The notes beneath the pieces are model-generated. The model was not told the DNA's origin and ran no database searches. It saw only the letters and a program-made list of their open reading frames with translations. A stretch of DNA of 64,000 bases from Balanoglossus misakiensis (lineage: Eukaryota; Animalia; Hemichordata), in the NCBI GenBank assembly GCA_040954595.2, contig CM082582.2, positions 4,200,303 through 4,264,302 on the forward strand, written 5' to 3'. Every line of letters starts with the position of its first letter. Position 1 is the stretch's first letter. The position numbers were made by a program, and so were the translations under genes. This document shows, piece after piece, positions 49,982 through 64,000 of the stretch.

Positions 49982-52314
49982 ATATCAAAGTGGCTATTAC
50001 GGAGGGGGGGGGGGGGTGGTCAGTTTTAGCCAAGACAGGTTTTGTGTCCACACATGTTTCTTGATCAGTATAAAATAGGTCGGAGATCAATGGGCATTTG
50101 CATGATCTGCTACCGATTCATGGTTACTTCTCATTGGAGGTTGCACTTGAAAGACAAGGTGCAAAGTAGTTTCTTTTTGTGTGAAACAAAAGTTACATGA
50201 AAAACCTGTTTGATTTCCCATCCATATATTGTATTGCGGCGATCAAGAAAACAAGCTACGCCAGGGTTCTGGTCAGGTGTTTTCCCCTTTACAAACTCTT
50301 ACTCCTATCATCTGGAGAAAACTCTAAAATGTTATGAAACAACAAAATACAGCTCGTTGGAGAAAGACACTGCAACAAAATATTCGGCAAATGTTTGATT
50401 TACTTTATGTATCTGAACTGCTGTTCTTTTAAGCCCGTCTGGACTTAAATTCACAGCTTGAGTTTTAAACAAAGAAAGTGATGCGGAATAAACTACAACT
50501 ACAAACACTAAGTAAAGGTCAGAAAAATTGCATATAAACTAAAAAGAAAAATGATAACAATCAAAAATAAAATAATCGATTCCAAACAATTTTGCAGATT
50601 TGCCATTTAGGCAAATACAGCCAAAGCAAGAGATCGATGTCAAGCAAAGTGAGCAACTCTTATATGCAGACTGAATGTTGATGCCACAGCATATTGGATG
50701 GTATTGTGAAATGTGTTATCTACAGTGAGTTTCAATATAGCTCCCAGCAGTATTCACTTTGCGTGAATTTCTCCACGCCTTCAACCAATTTGTCAGTCTT
50801 GTGGATCATTTGTGAGGTGCTATGATTAACCCCTGCAACTGTCAATCCAGCAGAGGAAATATCATTAACAATGAATTGCACATGCATAACTGACTCAGAG
50901 GGCCCAGAGGGAAAAACCAGTTTCATTCAAAAACGAGAATAGCCGGTGCCTTGAAAGTCAAAACCATGGGATTTGCAATAATAATACCGTCGTCCCCCTG
51001 ATATCAATGCATCAGTAGATGAATTTGAAAAGCTTGGTGATAAAAATGCAGCAAATATGCAACATGCCAATGAGAGTAGTACCTGTAATGATGGGAAGCC
51101 TATGGATGGTCTGATAGAAGAAACTAGCAGAAGAATTGGAAATAAATTTTCCCTGTGATGCATCGTTGGAGATCATACATTTTAGGAACATTTCTGTTTA
51201 TAAATGCGATCATGAAAATACTGGCATCTAGAGATTCTGACAACCCATGACCAAGGATTAATTCTCATTACTTAGGCCTTGAAACAGAAATGCGTCAAAT
51301 GTTTGATAATAAGTTTAATAAAAGTTCTTACAAAATATCTGCAGTTTTGGCACTGGCAAAATTTGTTGAAGGAAGTTATTAAAGTTTGACACATCAAAGA
51401 GTGAATAAAAATTGTAGGCAGTCATACACTTTGGCACCGATGTTTTGGTGTAAAGGTAAACTTATTTTTGCCGAATATTCAGATGGTATCAAGGACAGAA
51501 AACCTAAGACATTCCTGCCTGCTATTCAGGTTAGGGGTTAGAAGTTAGAGGTTAGATTGGGGGTTACGGGGTTAAAGGTTAGGTATTGGAATAGAAGGCT
51601 GCAATGTTCAAGTGTAACTGTCCTGAAAGTATAGGCATCAGAGTATCTGTAGGCCTGCAAGGTCCTAACCAGTAGACAGATATGTGATTTCTAGACAGCA
51701 AGCATGACAATTTTGGGGACAGTAGTTTTTGTCTGTCCATCAGAATTATTCTCTTTGTTTTGTAAAATTTCAATGAATTTGATAATATTTAATGCAAATA
51801 ATTGTTTACTCTGTGACAAACGTAAAATTCCATACAAAGTGTCTAGCTATCACATGATATTATCAACGAATTTACTTGCAACACATTGCAGGACGCTACA
51901 ATCTCTAATGCAAATTTGTTTGCGACATTATGTTCGGCTATTAACACCATATGACAAAAGTGAACATGTGTGACTGCCAGATGCCAGGTCTCATTAACCG
52001 GCTTCCATATATATCACTATTATTGAAGTTGTTGTAAACATTTCTTTTGTGTCTGTTTCAAGATCAGATAAAGTGAGTTATAACACTTTGATTCATGGGT
52101 TGTGTGACTTTTGGAAACCATCACATAATGATGGAAGAATTTTATCTTAAAAATGGTATACTAATTCAGTTGTCCCTTACAGTAGCCTTTGTGTAAATTT
52201 CCCCTCTGAGACAGAACTGATGAAAACATCTTCATATTATGGAGATGTTTGAGATAGCTGGTGAAATGATGTATGAGATAGCTGGTGAAGTGCTCAATGC
52301 ATGAGATGTGGTAA

Positions 52315-52800
52315 GTTGGCATCCTTCAGTCTGGAGAGACTATATGGGGATCTGCATGCTGGGATGCTGGTCTAAATCCGGAACAGCGTCTGGTGTGACA
52401 GTCAATCCAATGTGAGAATGACTGACTCTTTGACACTTTAGGCTAAGGAGGATCTGTTTGCCTGACTTGATGCCTTTCTTCTGTGGCTCATCTTGACTTC
52501 GCACGTTTGGGCGAGTGTTGATGTCCATGTCTCTTTTGCAAACATCTCTGTGGTGTAACTGTGGTCAGCCTTGGTCTGTTTCCCCTAGCGTCAGTTCGCC
52601 ATACAGGTGTTTTAGGATCCGCCCATCATCCATGAGCACAACATGGCCAAGCTAGCGTGGTATATTGTGCTTCAGCAGACTGTACATGCTGGAAATTCCA
52701 GCTCTCTTCAGGACAGTGGTCAGTTGATAACTTTCCTGCCATTTCAAATCCAGGATACATCACAGGTAGTGCATATGAACTGCAATGAGCTATTTGTTCC
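52315..52800 (-). mobile_element. RTE-1/BovB-like LINE 3' remnant
   Basis: R*LGHVVLMDDGRILKHLYGEL..G*PQLHHRDVCKRDM, C-terminal CQRVSHSHIGL, 3' end gtctctccagactgaaggatgccaac; 5' extent uncertain. Confidence 0.7.
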
Positions 52801-53257
52801 TTCCTGAGTGGTCCAAGATTCACTGCTGTAGACTGTACAAATTAAGCACTGTAGATGTGGACATTGGTGTCATACAAAAGTATAGCCTGCGTCCAGTTGT
52901 CCCAAAGTAGGAGGGCTTCATGATTAAGAAGAACAAAGATCTGAGCCTAACAAACTGCATAAAGCAAATTGGTTTCCTAGTAAGATATACCATCCACCTC
53001 AACCGGCATGATCTCTGGTATGCCATGGTGATGAAGTACAGTGCAATCTCCACTGCACTCTTGCAAATGGCCTGACTATTCATAATTCCTGAAGAGCAAT
53101 ACTCCATGGTTGGACAAGTATTCATCAAATGGTAAGAAACATATATGTGGATCTGGGAGCCCGCAATAGATAGCTAACAAGGGTTGAAACCATTAGTCTG
53201 GCTCAAAGTAGTTTTCAGGAAAAGAGTGACCTGACCTGATTCATCCTCTGGCAAGTA

Positions 53258-53465
53258 CTGCAAAACACTTTATTTTTGCGAGCAATTAATTTTCGCCAAA
53301 TACGAGAGAGCCAAAATAGCGTGAAAATAAAAAGTCGCGTAATTTGTTTTCGAAGATAACGATGCAGTGAATGAAATAAGAGAACGCGAAAATTAATACT
53401 CGTGAAACATTGGCCTCTCTCGATATCACGAAAAATTTAACTCGCGAAAATAAAGTGTTTTACAG
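53258..53465. mobile_element. MITE family E
   Basis: TIR ctgcaaaacactttattttt / aaaataaagtgttttacag; TA TSD. Confidence 0.85.
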
Positions 53466-55914
53466 TATTTCAAATTGTGTGCATCACAAATAGGCCAATT
53501 GGCCAAAGAGGCCTCCACAAATAGAGAAAAGACACAGCTGTTAAAACCATCTCAACACGGACCAAGAACCAAAGACACTAGTAAAAGAGAAAAGAAAGCT
53601 GCCATCATGCAGATTCATCATGTAGACTTACAAACTGCAAAAAGGATTGGCTGAGGGAACATGATCCAGTAAGTACATGACTAAGAAGATTTGAGAGAAA
53701 TATAATTAAACAGAGCTTTAAATAGCCAGGTCGGTTGATATAGTATCAAGGCTGTTCTTGTCTCACTGCTACCAACACTACTTGAAGGGAATAGCTTTCG
53801 TAATGTGGATAGAATATGCCACTGACGGCAGGGAAGATCGAAGGAATTTTGACAATTAACTGCTAAAAATTATGCATATGGGCAGCCGATGGGTAGACAA
53901 TGAGAAACCCATTTTGAAGTTCACATTTCTGCCTTGTGAGCTGAATGCCAAGTTTAACTATCCTCCAGGTGGAATCCTGCGGTGATCCTTGATTGCAGCA
54001 TTCCCAAATGGCATTCTACAGGTAGATACTCGACTCCAATGAATACGGGTATACATGTGACATAGCTGTATCCCAGAAGCCCAAGTGCAGAAGTCAGCAG
54101 TGTGATAGAGCATGTCTGTTACTGATCAGCCATCATCACTTCTTCAGTCAGTAAAATCAGTGGAGTGGGAAATCTGGTGAAATATTCCATTACAGGAGCA
54201 AAGAATTCACTACTTCGACTCTGAGAGTTATACTGAACAAGTGTGCTCAGCACAATGCTGCTAACCTCACTGACAAGTGATGTTGCTAGATTTCAAGACA
54301 GCGGTAATCTGCAAATACAATCCAATGCTAAGTGGACAAGGGTGCGTACAGCTGCGCCGGTGGCTCCACTCATAAGCCCGAATTAATTTCTAAGACAAGA
54401 TTCTGCAATATAGAAGTCAGGACACATGGTCCACAGAAGTATGAAAGTAGAAGCAGCACCCAAACCACACACCCACTTTGGGTGTAGGAAAATGTTTGAC
54501 ACAGTAAGAAGCAAGAGGGTAATTTACACAAAGGCTAACAAAAGGTAATAGACTAGTACAAAGGATGGCTGTTCCAAGCAGTATATTATATACTTTGTTT
54601 ATATGTCCTCCAAAGATGTACAACATACTAGCTGTCTTACGTATGTTCTATAATTTGCGCTTGTTTTTAACATGCCGACTTCCAATCATTGTAGGGACGA
54701 ACTCTCAATTTCATGGTCCACATTTTCTGAATTTTTATCAGTAAGCGACTCCAAATTCTTTACTGACACCTTTTATCAAAGAGTCAACGGTTATTATTAC
54801 AAATTCTACGATTTAGTCTTCCAAGGCACCACCTACTCTAGTTCTTGAAGGAAACTGATTTTCCATGGACTCTCCTCGTCAAGTTATGCATGGCAATCCA
54901 TTGTTAATGACACTGTCTCTACTGGATCGACAGTTAAAGGGGCGAAATCATAACACCAAACAAATAACCCACAAAAGTGACAAATTGGCAATGACGTGAA
55001 GAAATTCACACAAAGTGGCATTTGCTGGGAGCTGTATCAAACCTCACTGCAAACAACACGTCACAATACCATCCAACATGGGTCAACAGCCACATTAGAT
55101 CATATTGTGAAACAAAATCAATGAAAATGTGTTTCATAAAACACACAGTCATGGAGCCATGTGTAAACAAAATTAGATATATTTAAAATCAAAATTGCAT
55201 GACAGAGAAATTTTTTTTTTTGAATGCTCAAGAATTACCTATGTCCAAGCTCAGTAGTGGACATTTGCACATGGTACCCCTGTCAAGTGTACTATTTTAT
55301 CGTAAAGCACACAGTCAGGGAAGTGTAAACAAAACTAGATATATTCAAAATCAAATTTAAAGAAAATGGATGGCTCAATGATCAAGTGATCCAATGTAAA
55401 CTTTTCTGTACATTATAAAGACAATAATTGTAACTCATAGAAAATTCACATCTTTGCTGAATACTGATGGTTTGATGTCAAAGGGGCAATTTGAATCACT
55501 GGTTATGATATTACATGGTTTCAGTGAACACACCATCAGACATATATGGGGGTCAAGCAGGGACCATTAAGACGTTTCTGAAACGTCCTAACACCTCTCC
55601 GCAACCCATTGTCTATGGGGCCCAAGCCTCAGCGCCTATACATAAACTATGTGTGTGTGGACACAAGCAAGCCAAAGGATCAATTTACCCAAACACTTTG
55701 AATAACACACACACTTACACTAAACAAACAAATAAACAGAAATACCCTATAAATATCCTAAACTTAACTAACTATAACTACAACTAATAAAATAACTTAT
55801 ATACAAATTTAAATACAGATGTGTACACTTTAAATAAACTAAATTTTAAAAAAAATATATACAAATTATGTACCGCATGCCAAGTCCTGGCTTCATACGG
55901 GGTCATCACTGGCA

Positions 55915-56021
55915 CAGGTTCACTACACAACACCATATGGGGCTTCTCCTTTGCTTAATGGTTGAGGGGGCGTCAGTAAAGAGCCTTGTAGCAAACCGTG
56001 GGCTGTGAGAGCTAGAGACTA
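55915..56021. mobile_element. MITE family M9, partial inverted copy
   Basis: ctacacaacaccatatggggcttctcctttgc...gggctgtgaga is the reverse complement of 14522-14615. Confidence 0.75.
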
Positions 56022-56865
56022 TCCTGCAACACACCATCGACCGGTACGAGGCCGTTTGTCGTGGATCTGAAAAAACAACAACATATGATGTACAGGACAA
56101 TCAGTGATGAGCTGGGGGTGGTGGTGTAAACTGAGGAGTAATTTGACTGTGTTTTGTTGGCATGGCGTCATACTTAAGTCAACATTACACACAACACATT
56201 GCCTATTGTGTAATAGACGATATTCAAAAATGTTGTTTTTGGATGATTTACAGTGCACAGATTCAGTAAGTAAGGTTGACTGTTAGACACGTATGTGCAC
56301 CCTCTTCAAGAAACTGCCACATTCTTGGTATATACACACAAAAATGAAAGCCAAGACATTATTGAAACAGACGCAATTTAAAAGACGCATAATTCCTCAA
56401 TGGTGTTCATTCAGTATTTGAATTAATTTACCTCTTTCACCACGTTGGTGGTTTGATCCAAATGTTGTTTTCAATGGGAAAGTCTGGCCAATATACATAC
56501 AAACAGGGGTGGCCCCTGATGAGAAAATGCAATGGACCATATTGGCCCCTACACGCCAACAACAATTCAAATTCTGGGTCAGAACTACTATAATATTTGC
56601 AGACACCTTTTCAATTTTGATGGACCCAATTTTCATTTACTAGTATATGGACACAATTTAAACAAATTTTGGCTGATGCGTTTTTTAGGTGAAGTGCCTG
56701 TAGAGGAAGGTTGTAGGACTGGTTCAGTGTTGCAGCCAGACAACATTTCTTTTGTCATTTGGGCGCATTTTGACGACTTCATCTGTATTTTCCTGGGTGA
56801 TGCAACTCTGTTGAAGCACTCGGAGCATGTTCCTTTTTACAATTATTGATTGCAACATAGACTGC

Positions 56866-59800
56866 TTAATTTCTGAGACCATGTGCCCTTTGAGTGTACC
56901 ATAGACAGTACTGTCTATGAGTGTACATATTGCTATTTTTATACTGCTTGAGGCTGGGGCGACCAGTCATGACAAATGTGCAAATGTTATGAGTGCGCTC
57001 TGATGGAAATGAAAATTGTGTCCTGAAAAATATAAAACCTGACTGCAAATAGTAGAGTTCTGACCACATAATCAGACCGCTTAATTTTTGTTGTCTCAAA
57101 AGTGTCACTGTAGGATCATGTACCGATATATTCAACTTTACAAATATATCCAAGTGTACACAACACCTACCTTGTCTCCTCTTGTAAGGTCGAGAATGTT
57201 TTTTCCAGTTTTGCAAAGTCCTTTGCAATGGCCTCGAGCCAATCCATCTCTTTTTGTAATTCTTCTTTACGCTGTTTAAGGATTTTCTGGTAACTGTGCC
57301 ACCTCTCTTTAACTTCTTGGAATTGAATGGTCAATGGAGTGTTCTCCTTCATAATCATATCACTGTCATTGTCATTCTTGGGCAGTACCTGAGTAAAAAA
57401 CAAAAGAAGTTTAAAATATCGCCTGAAGAAGAAATGCATCCAGTAGTCTCATTCCTGGTCTGCTCCCCTGCCCCATTCCCACTGCTCAGTGGGCGGTGGC
57501 CGTGCTAGCTAAAAGGAAACAGTCGGGTACTGGCTGCCACCTTGCATAAAACTTCTGTCCAGCCATGCCCAAGATGACTGCTTCCAACATTCGCACACAG
57601 GTACTGTCGAAGTCAGGTGCACCTGGCAAGATTCATCTAGACTGTTTTGAATTAGCTCCCCCAGTCTTACCAATAGGAAGGGTCTCGAAAATTTGCGATT
57701 TTCTGTATTATACAATAACACTTGCTGTGAGCCATTGACATCCACCGTTTGAAAACACTTTTTAAATTAGTAACTAAATTCTGCTGAAATTTGGTAGGAT
57801 AAAGATTTTGGTCAGTCATTCATGCTATTTGGATTTTTTATATTGAACCATTGCATTTTTCATCATATTTTTAGTTTTGACTTCCATGTGCTAGGTACCA
57901 GTTTCACTGAGTGAAAATGTAAGTGAGCCCTGATGAAAATTACATGTAATAACCCTTTTCGTGACTTTCTCTTGATGTTAAGAAAATGACAAAAAAGCCA
58001 CAAAATCAAACTTTGATATCATAAATTTCAAAGCAATCTGACAAGTCATTTAAGCGAAAACAATTTTACACATAATCGTGGGACGAGAACACCAAAATTA
58101 CATTATCCAGGAGGTGTTGGCGGCCATTTTGAATAATGCAAATTAGAAGAGTTGTCTAATATTGTCATGTCAACCAAGTTGAAATTGTTTTAGGTACTCA
58201 TATGAATTTTAGAGAAGGTGTGCCGCAGCCATTTTTGATTATGCAATTTAGAATAGTAGCCCAATTAACACTGCCATTTTGGCAACTAAGCTGAAATAGT
58301 TTTAGGGGCCCACTAGACTCTCTCACAGCCCACGATTCGCTACAAGGCTCTTCACTGACGCGCCCTCAACCATTTAGCAAAGGAGAAGCCCCATATGGTG
58401 TTGTGTAGCCAACGGAAATACACATACATACATACATACATACATACATACATACATACATACATACATACATACATACATACATACACACACACATATA
58501 CATACATACATATATACATACATACTGTAAAACACTTTATTTTCGCGAGCAATAAATTTTCGCGAAATACGCGAGAGCCAAAATAGCGTGAAAATAAAAA
58601 GTCGCCTAATTTTTTTTTGAAGATAACGATACAGTGAATATAAGAGAACGCGAAAATTAATACTCGCGAAACAGTGGCCTCTCTCGATATCGCGAAAATT
58701 TTGACTCGCGAAAATAAAGTGTTTTACAGTACATACATACACACATATATTACATAAATTGTCATAACAGTTTAATGTGCTTACTTACCAAACCACAGCG
58801 CAGAACCAAATCACAGCACACCACTGCAAGAACTATGATCATCACCCACCAATAAATCTGGAGTGGAAAGTAAAAATATCACTGATAAGTGATAATGCAC
58901 CTGGCAAAATATGAGCTGAATAAGGTCAGTAATCCAATTTTATGGATTTGTGCATTAATTATTGAATATACAATCAACAAATTAATACTGTAGCACTACA
59001 TATGAAAGCACACATGACTAAGATCTAAGAACAATCAAAGCTACTTACATTGGGCATTTCTATAGGATCTTCTAGAGAATCCTTGGTCTAGTTCAAATGA
59101 TACGAAAAAGAGAATTAGCAAATGCTTGAAAATAAATGTAGAAAACTGTCAATGTCATGCCATTTTGGTCAATGTTGATCAAGGTACATTATAAATACCA
59201 AGATAAGCACATTTTAAGAGACCACAAATAGTTGATCCAAGTTACAAATGGACAATGTTCTTATACGTTGTCAAGTGTGGTTGCAGAAAAGTTTTATGAC
59301 CAGCTCAATCAAATAAACTGAAAATTTGTTCCTAATTGCTCATTTTGGAAGCCTTTTCTCTCTGACCTCCAGGTCACAGATGACAGGCTAGTACGCTGGC
59401 AGAACTTGTTGTTCCTACATGATTTTGTACACTGAGTCTTTTTGCAATTCCAAAATTTTGGTTACGGTATTAAAAATACCAATATTTCCTTTATGTTGCT
59501 CGTGAGCCTCTGTAGTTCGAATTTGACATCTACATATCCAACCAATAGAGGGCGCTGTCACGTATTTGAATATGTGCAACTCGGTCGCACAGTAGACCCA
59601 TGTCACAGATAGCCTTCTCAGGCACTCATAAATTTATACTAGTATTAACTTTATCCCAATTTTCCAGACTGTAGCACATATTCTTTTGTTTCCAGCATTG
59701 CAGAATCTGATTGAACAATGCTTAAAAACTACGACAGAAAACATCAGTAAGACAACAACCTCTGTATCATGTGATTGAAATTGTATGAACATGCAGGACG

Positions 59801-60618
59801 ACAGACATAGGAGGCCAATCAGCCTACTGGTATCCGACAAGCTCCAAGTGGAGATAAATAACATAGTCCTTGTGCCATGTGTGAACAAAGTGGGTTACAG
59901 ATATGAAAGGCACTTCAGTTTCTTTCAGGTTATCTACAATTGTTGTAAATCACTTACCATGCGACGTAACTCTGTCAGTTTTTCGTCCCTCGCTCTTAAC
60001 CGTCGCCGTAAAGTTTGCCGAACCCTAAATCTCTGTGAATGAAATAGGAAGAATTTTTCATTAAGGATTATAAAAGACGCTTCAAGGAATTGCAGCATGG
60101 TGTCATCTATCAAAGTCCCCAATGCTCAAAGTTTTTATATTTTGAAGCAATGATATGGGGAACATGGTGGTGCATAGTACACAACCTTTTATAACTAGGT
60201 CACATGACATATGGCACTTTAGCCTTTCAAGGAATCAGTTTTAAACCAATTTTAGAAACAAATGCTGGCAGATTGCTGGTTGCAATGTTTGTCACGGTGA
60301 TTAGTAGTAAAACACCAACTTATCGGTAACCCACAACTAAAATACCGGTATCACATATTTGTAAAGCTAAATTGCATTTCATAATTAACATACCTTATAG
60401 CTTTCCTCGTGACGTTCCAGCCGGATTGTGTGGTACTTTGCAGAATAATATTCCCACATATCTAAAAAAAAATAATAATGAAATGGCATAAAGGATGATA
60501 AATAACACAATTTCACTATTTCAAATAAACTGGTATTATACCTGGTATGATTTCCTCATTTTAACATATGCTTACTTGCAAGTTGAATGTTGTTCAAAGC
60601 GGTGTAAATTGTACAGGT
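56866..60618 (-). CDS. Uncharacterised multi-exon gene: basic coiled coil, single TM helix, coiled coil (5' end not resolved)
   Basis: Phase-compatible GT-AG exons 60576-60618, 60394-60461, 59958-60032, 59049-59087, 58789-58857, 57171-57388, 56866-57022 giving TCTIYTALNNIQLANMWEYYSAKYHTIRLERHEESYK-RFRVRQTLRRRLRARDEKLTELRRM-TKDSLEDPIEMPN-IYWWVMIIVLAVVCCDLVLRCGL-VLPKND..KERWHSYQKILKQRKEELQKEMDWLE..ETR-TQFSF..*; possible upstream exons 61634-61654 and 62152-62231. Confidence 0.55.
58314..58410. mobile_element. MITE family M9, truncated copy
   Basis: tagactctctcacagcccacg...ggtgttgtgtagc, cut by a (CATA)n tract. Confidence 0.8.
58419..58740. repeat. (CATA)n microsatellite hosting a MITE
   Basis: Direct reading; tract resumes after 58731. 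Confidence 0.9.
58525..58729. mobile_element. MITE family E (full length)
   Basis: Long TIR ctgtaaaacactttattttcgcgag / ctcgcgaaaataaagtgttttacag; TA TSD. Confidence 0.9.
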
Positions 60619-63600
60619 CTGAGACAGTGAATTGTTCTAGTTTATTGGTTATAACAAGGAATTACAGGGCAATCATTATAATCACAATTTGAAGCTGTCT
60701 AAGGGAGCATTATTTAGGGCCTACTTCTTTTGGCTGGCATGAAGCAGCAGGGCCGCAGCTCGAGTTTTTTTTACCTGGAATTGCGTGGACGGCGTCTCAT
60801 TTTGCCATCAATAAAATACATTGCAACAATGCAAGGCAAAACCTCGAGCTACTGTGCAGCTGCATTTGTGTCACATCATACCGCCGTGAAAACTGTATTG
60901 TACCTGTCTCATCATTGCTTGGACCATGACTCCTTGATTCATCTCGATATGACTCGAGTTGAAGTGACAATAAATCAATATTTATAAATATTACTTCTGG
61001 TCGATGTACGTGCACTCGCGCACTCGAGACCTATTATTGTGATGAGATGAGCGTGATGTGCTTCTTTGAGAGGCCAAAGGTCAACCCCTTAAGGGCGTTC
61101 TCCGCAATACTGTACTATAAATAATCTTGAAAAAAACTGCGGACGGGAACGTGGGCCCGCACTGGTCAATGATGTATTATTTTGGGGGTTGTCGATACTG
61201 ACAATCGAGTTTAACACGTGTATCTGCCAAATGCAGTCCGAGAAAGGCTATCTACAAGTGAAACGAACAATCATTGCAGCTTGTTGCATGCATTAAACCG
61301 GTGTTCAACCCCAGAAAATTAAAATATAAACACCAGGCAGAAAACTTGGAGTGTTTCCGTTTGGACATTCTAAGACTGGAAAACCTATCGCTCTTTGTAC
61401 CTGCCATTATTCCAACGCGTAACTCAAACAGAAAACATCGTAAATTGTCGCAACAAACTTGATCCCTGCCGTTCTTTCTATACAACTTTCCAGCTTATGG
61501 TGTTGGTACAAGACGGATGCGTCATGCACAACGCGAACGAGAACACATGGTACAGGCCGGTACAAAGACGCAACAACCTAAGGTAAGCTGCAAGCAAACA
61601 CAACGAAAAATCAGTAACGATAAATATACTTACTTCAATCCTATTGGCCCAAGTCTGCAGAGCAAAGCTAAACGATGAAAAGGTAATTCTAAAACTAACT
61701 AACGGACTAACTGGCAAACAAACTACCTAACTAATGAACTGAATAACAAACTTATTAACTAACTAACTAAAAATACTAATGCTATAACTAATCAGAAATA
61801 AGAAAATATACTAACTAAGAACTCTAATAATAAAAGGAGCTAATCTATAATAAACTAATCTATCTAAACTAAATAACTAAGAAATTTGAAAAAAATATAA
61901 CTGCAAACGATAACTGAATGAAAAAAAAATAATTCTATATCTAACTAAAACTGATCCTAACTATGAAATATGATAATGAAAACGAACTGATAAATGCAAT
62001 AAAACTAAACTAAACTAATAACTGAGAAAATCGAAAAAATCTATGAGAAACGAGCGGAAAATGGCGGAGCGGAAAATAGAGCGAGTACGGGGAATGAAGA
62101 ACGGTAACGAACTGAACTTCGGCGGCAAGGTTTTTATTGTTATGCAAATACCTTGAGCAATATGCTAAATAGACAGAAGTGTAAATGAACTTGGAAGGAA
62201 GTGTTAAGGATATAACAATAGGTGAAACCAACTGATCACAGTTGTTGGTAGCATGCAGATTGAGGTGTCAAAAATCTTACCAATCAGGAACAGCCTTCCA
62301 AGACTGCGTGGTTGTGGTAAGGTGTTTTTTTTATTGTTCAATTTCTTTACCATGTCACCACTGGTATATAACACTGCATATGGATGCACTGGGATCAATG
62401 ATTTGCTTTCCACAGCGCCACACATTGTGAAATTATACATGTTGCATGCTTCTGACACGCTCTACGTACCTTAGACAACTTAGACAATATTATCCGATAA
62501 GAAATATTATCTCAGTCTATGTCAAGGCGCAGTTCATCAGGATAATACTTTACATGGCAAAAGTCCTTACTATGCACCCAAACGTGTTGTTTAGTGTTTG
62601 CTTGACTTTGAGTAAGGTGATAATGTAAATGTCACCAAAATGTTTCATGATTTTCTAGAAATATACAAATGAATACAATTGACTTATTTTGTCAAGTTTT
62701 CCTTATTAACACCATTGCCATTTAATTTACGTACATGCGTAAACACAACTGCTTTAAAACAAAATTGTGATGGGTCTCGTATTTACTGCCACGTTATAGT
62801 CAACTGAGCGGACAAATTTTCATTGCTTTGATTCTCTCAAAGCTTTCCCGAGCAGCCTGCATAGTGCGCCCTCTTGTGGTGACTTGTGTCTTCTGAGAAT
62901 CGGCCAGATAAAAAATATCAAAGTGTTCCATGATCCGTCACTCTCGTTACAAAGAAACAAAATTCACCATCTTTCCCGTTTTAGCGTTTCGTCCGTTGGT
63001 GAAACACGTTAGGAAAATTTATTTTAAGAATGGTATTTCAGTTTTGACATAAACTCGATCATTGAACCGAGCAAATTGTTTGAAACGTAAGAGAGTTCAG
63101 ATTTTACTTCCAGGCCCAAGCCCCGCGTATAAGCGGAAGAAAAAGCGCCTGTACTCGTATATGCACTCTTCACTTTTTGTCACCCGTGGGAGGGTTAGAC
63201 TTACGTATACGTCAGTCACGCTGAGCAAGTAGGATTTCAAACGGCCAGACTAGCCGCATAGATAGCCTACAATGCTTTATTATTTTCAAGGCCACCGCCC
63301 CATATGCAGTGAAACAGACTTACAGTAACATTCTCTATCAATCGGTTACTCAGATTTTACAGAGAAATAAAGATACCGAAAACAAATAAAAGAATCAACA
63401 TGAATTGTTATTTCCAACTGCTAGCACCATCCAGGCACAGCCCAACCCATATGAATACAAAATGTGCTTAATATTGATGTGGCCCAATTATTTCTGCCTA
63501 AATTGTTTATGATGTACGCCTAGTGGGGGAGTCTGTGATGAGGAAATACAACAAATTTATACATTTATCTAGATTCGGGTTTGTGGAGTACTAGGGTGGG

Positions 63601-64000
63601 AGATAATTTGATCATAAAACGTTATACAGTTTATATTGCAAAAGGAAATGGTACTCGTTTTCGGTACTGTCTATTCTCTCGCGAAAGTTTCTTTTGTCTT
63701 CCTTGTTATATTGATACCATACGGAAGTAAGAAAGTGAGTGTTTGAATATAGGTTTCGTAGGGGTCAAAAGAAAAGTTTTTGGTGTCATGTCTACTTGAA
63801 CAAGTGTAACGGTGCATTGTATTAACCACAACATGCACAATCTTTCATATCAATGATTCTGTGCAAAGCTGCACAAAGTTTAGGTCAGAGAACTGTGAAT
63901 GTCACGGACAGAAATAACCTTTACACCTTTTATTATGGTCAGCGATTCAAGTTTATTAACACACTTTGCTACGCTACTTCGTTTTTTGGTTAGGCTAGAG

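Noticed and set aside
50600-50700. EQLLYAD-like RT fragment
   Set aside because: Too short and degraded to support a call
53470-54320. Possible DIRS or other retroelement coding remnant
   Set aside because: No diagnostic motif recovered by eye
61690-62120. AACTAA-rich tract with a GC-richer end, resembling a LINE 5' UTR (similar tracts at 49.6 and 55.7 kb)
   Set aside because: No linked ORF or TSD; cannot be distinguished from low-complexity sequence

Overview
Repeat-rich, AT-rich animal genomic DNA (spliceosomal GT-AG introns; the TE repertoire suggests a marine invertebrate, but the taxon cannot be fixed from sequence). It is not prokaryotic, and I found no CRISPR array, rRNA or credible tRNA. 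Gene content: (1) a decayed minus-strand TDRD12-like gene (DEAD-box helicase-like plus Tudor exons, ~23992-39668, possibly extending to a CS-domain remnant at ~11.7 kb); (2) a 7-exon plus-strand arylsulfatase B/I/J-like pseudogene (15897-21338) with a frameshift, a stop and a foldback MITE in exon 2, probably nested antisense in a TDRD12 intron; (3) an apparently open multi-exon minus-strand gene for an unrecognised single-TM coiled-coil protein (~56866-60618). The rest is nested TEs: a 5'-truncated RTE-X-like LINE with a 53-bp TSD, RTE-1, L2/CR1 and Tx1/L1 remnants, a hAT transposase split by a 5.1-kb Academ-like element, a gag-like zinc-knuckle ORF remnant, and PIF/Harbinger-, Kolobok-, Tc1/pogo- and 9-bp-TSD MITEs. 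The most unusual signal is a set of at least five largely sequence-divergent non-autonomous element families with one shared architecture: a short IR-bounded body plus a 130-190 nt terminal hairpin. The hairpin mismatches are tandem GA/GA pairs and the apex is a GNA/GNNA loop, always on the same strand relative to the element, which points to a strand-specific ssDNA-hairpin mobilisation substrate. All coordinates were read by eye.
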